A stretch of 63,802 nucleotides of DNA, the filler included, from Collodictyon triciliatum (lineage: Eukaryota), in assembly GCA_043381765.1 (NCBI GenBank). It is 45 parts of 45 records of this genome, joined end to end, with 100 filler letters (N's around TTAATTAATTAA, not from the genome) between each part and the next. Parts side by side here need not be neighbours in the genome. Positions count along the whole stretch, not along the records: positions 9,983 to 11,307 come from JBHJMP010011422.1; positions 11,408 to 12,731 come from JBHJMP010011423.1; positions 12,832 to 14,155 come from JBHJMP010011424.1; positions 14,256 to 15,578 come from JBHJMP010011425.1; positions 15,679 to 17,001 come from JBHJMP010011426.1; positions 17,102 to 18,423 come from JBHJMP010011427.1; positions 18,524 to 19,846 come from JBHJMP010011428.1; positions 19,947 to 21,268 come from JBHJMP010011429.1; 37 more parts are not named here. One strand, 5' to 3'. The notes below the pieces were generated by a model. That model did not search any database and was not told the origin of the DNA. It saw nothing but the letters and a program-made list of their open reading frames with translations. The translations under genes were made by a program, and so were the position numbers. Below are positions 10,200 through 23,354 of this stretch, piece after piece; positions within the stretch are counted from its first letter, which is position 1; each line of letters starts with the position of its first letter.

Positions 10200-13100
10200 G
10201 TGATGTAATTTAAGGAACATCGAATCAATGTCGCAGAATTAACGCGCTTATCTTGTGATTAGGATGAGCACTGATGGGGTGCTATTTATCCATGTTTGCC
10301 CAGTTCGAGGAGAATGCTCGCCACCAAACGTGTGGTTGTTCGGTAACTTGATATCAACGCCAATCCAACCACTGTATTGATGGAATGATAATTTATGATG
10401 AATGTGTGAATCAAATATGATTCTTGGTTTATTATTGCCCCATTTTCAAGCTTTTTCTTTTTATTTGCGCTCAGGGAAGCACGGTGACTTTGACAAAATA
10501 AATTAGCTAAAACAAAGAAAAAAGAAAAGAAAAGGAAAAAGAAAAGGAAAAAGAAAAGGAAAAAGAAAAAGGAACAGGGAAATGAATCAGAGAAGTATAT
10601 TACACAAAGTGATTTCATACTCCCGAGGTACCAGCTCCTGTAATAGAGAATGGAACAGATTCACGCTTTAATTGTGTATTGGTTGTGGTTCCTCTTAATA
10701 ATATTTTCTTTCTTACTTTCCTGAAATCAAGTATGTGCAAATATATTTTAACCTCATGATTCGTCAAGAGGTGTTTAATGAGAAGTAAACCTCACCGCTC
10801 ACAAAGTTTCATTCTGCACCTTCTGTTCCCTTAAAAGTCCTCGATTCAAAATAACAGTAACCTTTTCCACTGAATAAATAGGTGTTGATTGGTGATATCC
10901 AAAGCCTATCGCGCAAATCGATTGTAGTTTCTCGCGCAACCAGTTCATATTTGGTACTTATCTTTCACAGAAACACGCCAAGCACCAACGAGAAGATAAG
11001 CAGATGGCAGTGTTGCGCTGTGGGGTCAGGAGTGAAATGGTACATGATGCAACATAGAATGAGGCTCAAGTATTCACCAACTACAATTAGATGAAGTAAT
11101 TCATGTAGCGAGTATGTTTGTTAGAATGATAGTTGCAGGATGCGATTTTTAATTCCGTATTTAGTAAAAGTTTTTTTTTTTCACGAGTTTGGAAGAGTTT
11201 GACAGATTCCTAAAAGAATAATCACACTTCGTAGTGCCCAAATAAACAAAAAACAAAAAACAAAAAACAAAAAACAAAAAACAAAAAACAAAAAACAAAA
11301 AAACAAANNNNNNNNNNNNNNNNNNNNNNNNNNNNNNNNNNNNNNNNNNNNTTAATTAATTAANNNNNNNNNNNNNNNNNNNNNNNNNNNNNNNNNNNNN
11401 NNNNNNNCACCTCAGACGCGTTTGTGTAGTTTGATTGGAAGAATAGAAAAAGGAAAAATAATCCTTCAAATCAATATCGCCAACCGATACAATACAACAC
11501 TTCTTGCATGGTGTGAGAATTGAAGTAAATTATGAGTATTTTTAGATACTGTGCAACATGTGGATGCAGCGGTTTCCCCATCTGATTCAAAGTTCAAGTA
11601 AATTAAAACATTACAAAGTAAAATCAGTTTCTATATAATCCTGGAAGAAATTAAAATTGGTGTAAATCATTCGCTTAGTTTATGGATATTTTCATATTAG
11701 CTACCCAGGTGGCATCTCCTATGACCCAAATGCGATTCTCTCGCGACCAAAATCTGCTGTAATCACTTATACACATTTTTCTTATTTTATTGTAAAGATA
11801 ATTATCTTTTGGAAACCTCGTTGATCCTTTTGATATCATCATTATAAACCAATCTTCACTATCCTGCACAAAATTGAAAGGAAGATAAAAAAATCATTAT
11901 AATCCAATTTTTTTTTTATTATTGCACTCAAAGAAAATAATCGATATTAATAGACCCCCTCTTCATCGGATTATACTGAAAGAAGAAGAAGTGTCATTCG
12001 CACCCAGGTGGCTCATTCTTTTACATGTCTGCTTATTCTTTGAGATATCGTGACACCCTTTATGTTATTTTTATTTATTTTTAATGTTAAGAATCATGAA
12101 TCCCGTTTCCAGCAATATCTGTTGGGTTAAACAATTAGAGCTTAATTAATTTTTCTTAATGCTGGAGTTTATTTCTTCCTCGTGTTAATGATAATGAAGT
12201 AATAAACCTCTCTTTTAATACTCATAGGGAAGGACATCCCCACATGACACTACAGTTATCTTACAAACAAAATCAGAGCAAGATATGAACTCGATGGTAA
12301 GGCCAACGACACCCCTCCAATTTCATGTACCAGGCTCAATATCTCGAGAGTTCTCCTTTACATCCTTGTCAGCACAAGCGAGGGAATCAAGTGATGAATT
12401 CATTTCACCGGCTGCCACCCCTACTGAGGCTGGAGATTCCCATCGCGAACGATTTTTAACTGGAACTACTTCACTAACGGGAAATAAGGCACCGAAATCG
12501 TAGGGTTTTTTAAAATAATTTAGCTGGCATAACGAACCTGAGAAAGAAAATAACAGAGCCCCTGAAATGTGAATGTCATCGTAACTATACCTTTATTACG
12601 CATAGTGTGGGACCGAACCCGGCATCTGTCGGACGTCGCCTATCAACGCAGCCAGAGAGGTAAGAATGTATCCAAAAAAATATGAGTTGCTTCTCTGAAA
12701 CAAAAATCTTTTATTCAACTTTTTTTTTCTTNNNNNNNNNNNNNNNNNNNNNNNNNNNNNNNNNNNNNNNNNNNNTTAATTAATTAANNNNNNNNNNNNN
12801 NNNNNNNNNNNNNNNNNNNNNNNNNNNNNNNTTTGTTTTGTTTTGTTTTGTTTTGTTTTGTTTTGTTTTGTTTTGTTTTGTTTTGTTTTGTTTTGTTTTG
12901 TTTTGTTTTGTTTTGTTTTGTTTTGTTATGTTCATTTTTTATGAAGAATTCAAACATGACTCTGAAGGCCGATCTTGTCCAGCACCCTCCAGAGCTTTGT
13001 TGCTCCAACCCGAAAAAAATCCTTCCTTGCCTGCGAAGTTAGAATCAGTACATTTTAAAGTCTGACAAAAGTGGCAAATGGACTGACTTGAAAACTCGCG

Positions 13101-14123
13101 GTACAGAATATTTACCAGGATTACCAGGTTTTGCCGACCCAGCGCCACCGGTAGTTGTTTGATGAGTCTCGACAGGCTTTCGTAGGCGTGACATCTCTGA
13201 ATGAGACAGCAAATAAATACGATTGGTTTTTCGTGTGTAGGGAGCTAAAGGATACACCATATACGAAGAAGCTTATAAAAAAAGTTGGCCATGATTGATA
13301 GCAATAGCACAGAGCTTAAAAAAAAAGTGTTTTTTCAGTCCATGCGATGAAACTACCCCATCCAAGACGCAGCGCAAGCTTTTGGACTTTCCACATCTTT
13401 TGTGAATTGGTGGGTGGAGTTTTCGCGGAGGTTGATTCTTTCCGTTTCGAAAGATTTTTTTAAGATTCCACCTTCGTTCAAACAAATCTGGAATATATAC
13501 TGAAATCTATAAAATGTACATTTCTGTCAAACATACAAACTCACTAAATTACATTAGTTAATTTGCAGATGCTATCAATGAATTTGCTCAATTTGTTTAT
13601 AAGGTGTTCCAAGTTGGGGGCCTTAGCCAGAATATGTGATCTATCCCTCACCTCGCGATGTGAATAAATCTGGTGATCACACCAAGAGAGACTCGAGAGG
13701 AACAATAAGAAAAAAATAACAATAAAAAAGAAAAAGTCTCTTGCTGAGAAAAAAGGACACATTCCCCAGAAAGTAATATTATTAAACTGGCATTCTTTCC
13801 TTCTTCTCTCAACCCAACACATTCTGAAGCCAGAAAAAAGAAAAAAAAGAAAAAAAAAAACAAGCAAGGGATCGGAAAGAGGGATCCTGGGAAGGACGAG
13901 ACTGCCTACCAGGAGACCAGCGCCACAGCCCAGCCCCATGGAATGCCTACTGACCGAATGCAAACCGAGAAAGCCGACCCAGAGAGCAAAGAGGTCACTT
14001 TACCACATCTCTTGCAATACAGGTTATGCGCGGAGACACACCGAAGACCAAGATGTCAGCTGCCACCGACCCGTGAGTACAACCACCTACTAATAAGACG
14101 GAGCGAGCTCTTTGAAACGAATA

Positions 14124-14155
<32 letters not shown>

Positions 14156-14327
14156 NNNNNNNNNNNNNNNNNNNNNNNNNNNNNNNNNNNNNNNNNNNNT
14201 TAATTAATTAANNNNNNNNNNNNNNNNNNNNNNNNNNNNNNNNNNNNNNNNNNNNGGGGAAAGTGCAAAGTTTTGATGAACAAATTTTATTATGTAAATT
14301 TATTTATAGAAATGATATTATTTTAAA

Positions 14328-15578
14328 ATGGAAAACCTTGAATTGAGTGTGATTAGACCGCTTCTTGATGAGCTTTTTGATGGGCTTCTTGATGGGCTTC
14401 TTGATGGGCTTCTTGATAGGCTTCTTGACCCACTTCTTGATGCGCTTCTTGATAGGCTTCTTGACGGACTTCTTGATGGGCTTTTTGATGGGCTTCTTGA
14501 TAGGCTTCTTGATGGGCTTGTTGATGCGCTTCTTGACCCACTTCTCGACCCACTTCTTGATGTACTTCTTGATTGGCTTCTTGATAGGCTTCTTGATGGG
14601 CTTCTTGATGGGCTTGTTGATGCGCTTCTTGATGCGCTTCTTGATGCGCTTCTTGATGCGCTTCTTGATGCGCTTCTTGATGCGCTTCTTGATGCGCTTC
14701 TTGATGCGCTTCTTGATGTACTTCTTGATGTACTTCTTGATGGGCTTGTTGACCCACTTCTCGACCCACTTCTTGATGCGCTTCTTGATGCGCTTCTTGA
14801 TGCGCTTCTTGATGCGCTTCTTGATGGGCTTGTTGATGCGCTTCTTGATGCGCTTCTTGATGTACTTCTTGATGGGCTTGTTGACCCACTTCTTGACCCA
14901 GTAATTGACCCACCTCTCGATGCGCTTCTTGATGAGCTTGTTGATAGGCTTCTTGATGCGCTTCTTGATGTACTTCTTGACCCACTTCTTGATGCGCTTC
15001 TTGATAGGCTTCTTGATGGACTTCTTGATAGGCTTCTTGATGGACTTCTTGATGGACTTCTTGATGGGCTTTTTGATGGGCTTCTTGATGGGCTTGTTGA
15101 TGGGCTTGTTGATGCGCTTCTTGACCCACTTCTCGACCCACTTCTTGATGGGCTTCTTGACCCACTTCTTGACCCACTTCTTGATGGGCTTCTTGATGGG
15201 CTTCTTGATGGGCTTCCTGATGCGCTTCTTGATGAGCTTCTTGATGCGCTTCTTGATGCGCTTCTTGATGCGCTTCTTGATGCGCTTCTTGATAGGCTTC
15301 TTGATAGGCTTCTTGATGGGCTTGTTAACGGGCTTTTTGATGGGCTTCTTGATAGGCTTCTTAACGGGCTTCTTGATGCGCTTCTTGATGCGCTTCTTGA
15401 CCCACTTCTCGACCCACTTCTTGATGCGCTTCTTGATGCGCTTCTTGATGCGCTTCTCGACCCACTTCTTGGTGCGCTTCTTGATGCGCTTCTTGATGCG
15501 CTTCTTGATGCGCTTTTTGATGCGCTTCTTGATGCGCTTCTTGATAGGCTTCTTGATAGGCTTCTTGACCCACTTCTT
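14328..15578. repeat. 12-bp-unit minisatellite (about 100 units of CTTCTTGATGSG), probably coding; strand unresolved
   Basis: Plus frame gives (LLDx)n from ATG 14328. Minus frames giving (SRSx)n and (KKxI)n also appear open. Confidence 0.85.
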
Positions 15579-17308
15579 NNNNNNNNNNNNNNNNNNNNNN
15601 NNNNNNNNNNNNNNNNNNNNNNTTAATTAATTAANNNNNNNNNNNNNNNNNNNNNNNNNNNNNNNNNNNNNNNNNNNNTCTCGTAAATTGTATCTTTGGG
15701 TATAGTATACCGCTTCTGCCCACAGAAATGCGGATTTCTTTTGTAAAACTGATGTCCTATTCCTATACTCGATTCAAGGAAAACTGATTTACTATAACCT
15801 CTTATATACGCGCACATCGCAAGAACCCAGTACAGTTTACTTACAAACCGGAAAACAAATCTTTTATTCAATTAATCATTCAGACCGACATATAAATATA
15901 TTAAAGTAGGAGGCATCAAGGCAGCAGTTTTGACATATCAAATAAAATACCCAGTAATAAATAACGTAAGAATCAACACCCACTAAATGTAGTCTCTTTA
16001 ACATTTACCCATCCGTCGCACCAAACACCAAGAAGCTACAGCAAACAGCACAGGTCAAATCCAAACTTGAATCTTCACACACTAATGACAGTCCGTACAA
16101 TTAGGAGCACATGTTTCTTATACTACAAACACACATTCATACTCCGGTTAAGCAAATTTCACTGCTGGTTGTGCATGATTTCAATATCAAATGGACAGTC
16201 AAGCTTCACTCCCGTCAATACTTAATGAAACTGAATAGCTTAGTTTTTTGGCTCAGACACTCAGAAAGACATGCAAGAAAATTGACCTGATGTCTCCTCA
16301 AAAGTATCCTCTGTAAATTAAAATATCATATAAAAGTCATCTCAGATACAGCGACATAAACTCGACAGGACTGATTTTCGAAAAAAAACAGCCACGTGCA
16401 AACTTTCATCAGTCATGCAACCTTATGCACTTTTCATTCAGTCTCAAACATGACCAGAAACCGCGCTAAAGCTCTTGTATTTCCAATAAAATAGTCTACG
16501 TGTAATAACACTTAATCTCAACTATGCCTCTAATCAATTCTCTTTCATCTTATTTTTCTGCTGTCTTTCTTTCCTGCCAATTAAATTTATTCCCGTATCG
16601 CGCTGAAACGATAAAAAAGCCTATCAGTTACCTTCAATCCGATAATCAGCCATCGATTTCACCTCCCCGTCTGCAGCTTATTTATGTCCTATAATTAATA
16701 CAAGTTTTACTATTCTAGTTTTCTGTCTAAAAACCATTTCAACATTCCAATATAATGAACATTTATCAACTTGAACAATGTGCCACTCGCACCTTACATA
16801 ACATATTGTTTTAAAATCTGTGTCTAAATGAACGATCGAATGGCTAAAGTTCATACATGTTATTTCACACTAGTATGTGTCTATTCACATCAACTCGCAT
16901 TTATTTGCATTTATTTGCATCATTTCTACTCTATTCGCATCAATCAGTACACATTCTCATCAATCACATCAATTGCTATATATTCGCACTTCATCCTCTT
17001 GNNNNNNNNNNNNNNNNNNNNNNNNNNNNNNNNNNNNNNNNNNNNTTAATTAATTAANNNNNNNNNNNNNNNNNNNNNNNNNNNNNNNNNNNNNNNNNNN
17101 NAAAACAAAAAACAAAAAACAAAAAACAAAAAACAAAAAACAAAAAACAAAAAACAAAAAACAAAAAACAAAAAACAAAAAACAAAAAACAAAAAAAAAG
17201 CAAAAAAACAAAAAGCAAAAAACAAAAAGCAAAAAGTAATTAAAAAAAGCCGTTCTAGTTGATTCTTTCCGACCGAGCTCAATCCGGCTTACAAAAGTAG
17301 TCTCTGCC

Positions 17309-18352
17309 ATGGGCCTGACAAATGAAGAAATAATCATTGTCTCGTATGCGAACTGGTCGTCCTCGCTGCTGTCGTTCTTTGGCTGTCTGTTTGTGATCAT
17401 TTCGTACCAGCTGTTTGCTGACACACGCAACAAACAACTGCGATGGATCTACTTCTTCACCATATCCAACCTATTTGGCTCTCTCTCGTTTGTCCTGTCC
17501 ATCTTCACTCAGGAAAACCTTGTCGGCCCGGACTCGTCACCCCATTGGGTCTGCATCGTCCAAGGTCTGCTTGCCCATTCGGTTTCATCTCGAAAGATGA
17601 GCAAATCTAAGACATGTGTTGTGTTTACACTTTGACATAATCCCATCTTTAGCTTATTGTTTGAATTGTCAAGCATACCTTCACAATTCAACTAAACGAT
17701 TCAAGGATATGCGCTCTGATTATGTCGCCTTTTCTTTCTGGAGATAAGTACTGACCTCTGAATCCTTGTCATTTTATCACTACAGGAGTAGGTATCCAGT
17801 ATTTCTATGTGGTTTCTTCCATCTGGATGGTGTTTATCGCCCGTTCTATTTATCAGTCGGTGATTCTGCTTATCCCACAGGTAAATGTCTTCTTTATCTT
17901 TTAATATATTCAATGCTCACCTTTCTGAAATCTGAACTGTAATCTTACCCCTGCTGCATTGATCTTTATATTTGCTAACTTCAGACCATATAAAATTAAT
18001 AAACAAAGGATGAAAGCGATGATAAGTTAGCACATGCTGTTTGCTGGGGCTTACCCTCCATATCTATAATCATTCTGCTCTCTTCGTCATCTTTTGGAGA
18101 CGCTGGAATATGGTTTGCCAGATAAAAAAATTCGAAAATATGACTATAATCAGATTTTGATCCACAACGCGGCTTGTAGAAAATAAAAATGATGCGCTTT
18201 ATTTTCTTCGTCGTCTTAAATAGGTGCTGGATTGGTGAAGATGATGAGATATACCGCTATCTATTTTTCTATGCTCCAACATTCTTTTGCTTCGTGGCTG
18301 TTGCGGCTATTTACTTCTATGTTGGCCTAAAAATCAGAAAAATGGACAAGGA
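17309..18352 (+). CDS. cAMP-receptor/GCR1-like 7TM GPCR, spliced, partial (exons about 17309-17564, 17786-17880, 18009-18112, 18224-18352)
   Basis: SSLLSFFGCLFVIISY...CIVQG|VGIQYFYVVSSIWMVFIA...HAVCWGLP...FGDAGIW|CWIGEDDEIYRYLFFYAP, with GT-AG introns. Confidence 0.85.
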
Positions 18353-18523
18353 TGTAATGAAATAACGAGGACTATGAGATACAGTTTTCACCTCTTATTT
18401 TTTGATTTGTTTTGTTTTATTTTNNNNNNNNNNNNNNNNNNNNNNNNNNNNNNNNNNNNNNNNNNNNTTAATTAATTAANNNNNNNNNNNNNNNNNNNNN
18501 NNNNNNNNNNNNNNNNNNNNNNN

Positions 18524-18572
<49 letters not shown>

Positions 18573-18849
18573 AAAAAAAAAAAAAAAAAAACAAAAAAAC
18601 AAAAAACAAAGATAAAATAAAGTAATATGAAGTATATATAAAAATTCAAGATGGTTTAAAATTTGCAAAGGTAATTCTTACTTGGCTTGTTGAAATATCG
18701 ACAGGTGTCACCTAACCGAACATATTAAACATTTTTTTCATACATGCGAATGCATACCAGCAAATATTTTAACAGATAATATAATGTGATATTTAATTAA
18801 TAAAAAAATTATAAAGGTGCACAAAAGTTGTAATAACACATCAGAAATT

Positions 18850-19818
18850 ACTTTGGGGAACGTTGAGATTGAATCATGTGCTATCAACATCTCTCCAGAA
18901 ATCTTGTAAAGGTCACGCTGTCTCATCCTTCGAAGAATTTTTTGGGCCTCGCCCAGTTCCTATGAAAATAGGACACGCCACTGCTTTTAGAATTGTTTTC
19001 ATACCAAAATATAAGTCGCCGATCTTACTGGGTCTTTGGAGCGCTCAATGGTGGATATGATAGAATCATTCAAAAGTGTGTACCTTTTGGTGTTTAATCG
19101 ATCATATCGAATCACTGAAGAAAATGGACGTATAAATGTAAATATATTCTTGTTTAACCATGATAAGATGGAATACGATTATAATATATAACCCCAAAGT
19201 TTAAAGTACTCTTCTGGATTGTCAACACATTTTGAAATTCCAAGCACAGGATCTGCCAGTATGAGAGCGTCGGTCACCATATACTCGACCGCCTTTGCGA
19301 CCCGGTGGGTATATATCTGCTTGAAGAGGTTGTATCTTGTGTGGAACTAATGTAATCAATACTTATTTACCTTTTTTTTTTTTTTACAAATATTATAATA
19401 AGATAGGCGAAGGTCGAAGTGGTTGGAGGGAAAGGTATTTGTGGTATTGTTTAAATTCGGATCGGTGTCACGGAAATGTAAAGTATACGATATGGCAAAT
19501 TCCTTACCAACTCGTAAACGCTGTAGGCTTCTTTGATATGGTAACAAATTTCATCGTCTATGACACGTGCGAAGTTCATTAACCTGATTAATATTATTTT
19601 AAAGACTAGAAGGGATTTAGAGAACTAACTAAATCAACTACAATCATATGAAAGCCGATTTGAGTGGGACGAACCTGCGGTAATCATATGAGGACTTTAA
19701 GCCAAGGTTTAAGCAATCTCTTTGAATATAGTCAAACTTATCCACGTCAATAGAGTTACGAGCATTGGAGACGATGTCAAAGATAAATTTTGGTGCGTCG
19801 GGAGGCGGGGGCCTATAA
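18850..19818 (-). CDS. SAMHD1-like HD-domain dNTP triphosphohydrolase, internal exons
   Basis: KFIFDIVSNARNSIDVDKFDYIQRDC...|LMNFARVIDDEICY...|FHTRYNLFKQIYTHRVAKAVEYMVTDALILAD...RQRDLYK. Confidence 0.88.
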
Positions 19819-19946
19819 CAAAAAAAAAAAAAAAAAAAAAAAAAAANNNNNNNNNNNNNNNNNNNNNNNNNNNNNNNNNNNNNNNNNNNNTTAATTAATT
19901 AANNNNNNNNNNNNNNNNNNNNNNNNNNNNNNNNNNNNNNNNNNNN

Positions 19947-21005
19947 CATTTTTTGCAATGTTTCCTCCCCTTCGGTACTTTCTATTACCGCGTCAAATTG
20001 TGCAAAATACGCATTTAGCTCATCCATTGTTGAATCCAATCGTCCCTTATCTTCTACTTCCTTTGGTTGGTTCTCTATTGCAACTGCTTCACCGACTGTT
20101 TCTGCTCCTTCTATTGCTGCTTCATCAAATATTTTTTGTAAACTTTCTTTGATAAGTCTTGGTTTTTTTCTTTCTGCTACAGCTTTGATAATTTCTGTTT
20201 TAGTCATACCATCTGGAGGTTCCATAGCAAATACTACTTCATAGTTTAGCACTGCCAGTCTAAGACTAGATTCATCAGGATTATCTTTTAATATGCCATC
20301 TATCATTCTTTGTAAAGTAAAATCTTCTTTTTTATTGTACATTCTACGTCTATCTGGATCTTTAGCTTTATACACCTCATCTTCTATAGCCTGTATCATT
20401 TGTTCAGGAGTCATACCTTCTGGAGGGTCTGTTTTAAAGGCCAATATATATTTCCATTTTGGAATTTGTGGATTATCCTCTTCTGTATTTTCTATAAATT
20501 TCTCAAAAAGTTCCAGATTTTCTTTATTGTATATTTTACGACTTGATTGAAATACCGGTTCCGGGTCCGGGTCCGGGTCTACATCTATGATCTCAGGTGG
20601 GGCTGTTATGTAATATGGTTCTAATAAATCAGTCCTTCCCTCAATTTTTTCTGGGTCCAAAGTATCAGCTTCCTTTGGCAGTTTGGCTTTCACGGCCTTT
20701 TCATACAATTTCTCTAATTCTAAAAAGTTTTCATGTAATTCTATAAAGTCTTCAGGTTCTGCATTTATTACCTCACGTCTAGATTTATAATATAAAGAAT
20801 GAAAATCATCTCTTGCTTTAATATATGTTTCATTAGATTTCGATCTTGAAAGAAAGAACAGTATATAATTAAACGAAAACCCCAATCTAGTACTTTTATC
20901 ACTAAATAGCATTTCAGTGTCAGGTTTTTCAAAAAAATCTCTGTAAAAGCCTATACCTGCTTGTTTTTGATTTAACTCAGCAATAGTTCTGTATTTTAAG
21001 CTCAT
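19947..21005 (-). CDS. Intronless acidic hypothetical protein (>350 aa, truncated by contig end) with an internal ~55-60 aa duplication
   Basis: Long open frame from ATG 21005 (MSLKYRTIAEL). Duplicated unit YNK...DNP...PPEGMT / YNK...DNP...PPDGMT. Confidence 0.7.
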
Positions 21006-21038
21006 AATATAACTTATATAAAATTTCTTGGCTAATGT

Positions 21039-21268
21039 ATGATTGTTGATGTTAAAAAACAAGCAAGGGGTGTCGGTCGCTTTCTCACGCGACACACAGA
21101 CAACGCACTAAACAAACTGCAACGATTAGATAGAGCCTACTCGGATTTGAATCGAGCGAGCGGCGGACTGGTTGAGTTGGGGCTGCAGGGAACAGGAAAC
21201 AAACCTGCATCTCAGACAATTGCCAACCCACTGGTGAGCACAATCACCGCAGCGAATTTCCTGGGAAA
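21039..21268 (+). CDS. Hypothetical protein with a basic amphipathic N-terminus, divergent from the neighbouring ORF
   Basis: MIVDVKKQARGVGRFLTRHTDNALNKLQRL...; ATG is 33 bp from the opposite ATG; open to the contig end. Confidence 0.5.
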
Positions 21269-22989
21269 NNNNNNNNNNNNNNNNNNNNNNNNNNNNNNNN
21301 NNNNNNNNNNNNTTAATTAATTAANNNNNNNNNNNNNNNNNNNNNNNNNNNNNNNNNNNNNNNNNNNNGAAAAGAAAAGAAAAGAAAAGAAAAGAAAAGA
21401 AAAGAAAAGAAAAGAAAAGAAAAGAAAAGAAAAGAAAAGAAAAGAAAAGAAAAGAAAAGAAAAGAAAAATGTATACATACATGTAAGAATTAACCCTAAA
21501 ATTTCAACAAAAAAAAAGGTTGCGTTTACAAGTAATCGGGCTATGCTATATTACAAAAATACCTGGAACCTCATCATTTTCTCTAAGGAAAATAATGTCT
21601 CCTACAGCGACATCCTACGTGTTTAAGTGACTACCAATCAATATTGTTATGTGTTATCGTTTCACACTGAACGAGAAACTGTGTATGTAGGAAAAGACTG
21701 AATAGGCATACAATTCAATTAAAAGAAAACTTCAAATATTCATAGCCATATGGCTGTATACAATATATAAGATGTTTGCAAACCGCGAAGCGATATGTAA
21801 ATTTTTCCCCGTTTTTTAAATGCGTCGTTAGTTTATTGTTAATCTGGTTGTCAGCTTTCCATCGTTGCTGTTGAAAAGAAATGTATGGATAATGATAAAT
21901 AAACTTGGATTATAATGTATTCTTGTAATGGCGATGTACAAAAGGAAAATATATTACAGGAAAACTAAGTGAATATTAGTTTAAATTAATCAAAATACTA
22001 TACACAGATAATACATGGAAGAAAGAGTCGAGACTCAAATATAGGGAAAACGAACCAAGTCTTCATAGGCCTCTCGTACACTTGATATGGATATCACAAA
22101 AAGCAGAGGCATTATACTTGTGATTGGAAAAATCGGAGAGACTGTCGGGACGAGCTGAATCAAAATAATAACGAGAAAATAAAAATTGGACGTCCTAAGA
22201 TGCAAAAGTGGGATTATTCAATAATACGATCAAGTTTAGGGATATAAAGAAGGGGTTAATGGATATTACCCAATAGAGATTGAATCATGAAAACTGATAA
22301 TTGCATATAATTATATGATAGAGGAACATTTCAATAATATAGTGTGCCGGTATCGACAGGGGAAAGGGAATACCTTCGAAATTGCTCGAAAAGATTCTTA
22401 AGTAGAAAATTGAAGGCTGATGGAGGAGAACGCAATTTATTAATTTATTCATTATTAAGACCAAAGAAGTTGCAAAATTAAAAAAAAATCGCTTTTGAAC
22501 GATACATAGAAAATCCTCTAGGTATTCAAGAGACATTATCTAGATTTGTTAATATGTCCAGTTTGCTCAAAAATCATCAAAATATTTGTTCATAAATAAT
22601 GATAATGATAATGATAATGATAATGATAATGATAATGATAATGATAATGATAATGATAATGATAATGATAATGATAATGATAATGATAATNNNNNNNNNN
22701 NNNNNNNNNNNNNNNNNNNNNNNNNNNNNNNNNNTTAATTAATTAANNNNNNNNNNNNNNNNNNNNNNNNNNNNNNNNNNNNNNNNNNNNTTTATTTTTT
22801 TTTTTTTATTTTTTATTTTTTTTTTTTTATTTTTTATTTTTTATTTTTTATTTTTTATTTTTTTTGGGTTTTTCGTTCTTCGTTCTTCGTGTATTCAAGT
22901 CGTGTAATTTTTTATTCACATCTGGAGAATGCTCTATCATTCACCATAATACATCCTAACCAACGCGTATTTCTCTTATGTTTTCATAG

Positions 22990-23354
22990 AAAAACCTTTC
23001 TGTATCCTATGGAATTCAACGGATATTGATGCGCATAATTCGTCATCATGTTCTCCAAGCTACAGTTCAATGAAAAAACAAGTATCTTGTGAATGTCACG
23101 AACCTGGATATGTATTGATATACACTATCGAAAACCCAACACTTACAAGACTTGGTCATGAGAAGTTCAGCTTCTATTATCTACCTGTAGTACTTGGATT
23201 TACTGTCCCACTGCTATTGGCCATTACTTTAATCTACATTAGCACAGGCATTATGAGACGAGCTTTTGATGAAAATCTTTTAGCTGGTGGTAGACGGGCT
23301 TTTACATACTATGACGTTGCTCAGAATGAATGGATTGTGTATGAGGCCGATTGA
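22990..23354 (+). CDS. Last exon of a single-pass membrane protein with a GPS-like motif
   Basis: KPFCILWNST...SC...VSCECHEPGYVLI followed by a TM segment (YLPVVLGFTVPLLLAITLIYI) and a short tail. Confidence 0.55.

Noticed and set aside
12600-12660. GGGTTCGGTCCC on the minus strand, B-box/tRNA-like
   Set aside because: No cloverleaf or A-box could be built.
21960-22560. Possible decayed retroelement sequence
   Set aside because: Purine-rich and stop-ridden; no motif I could identify with confidence.
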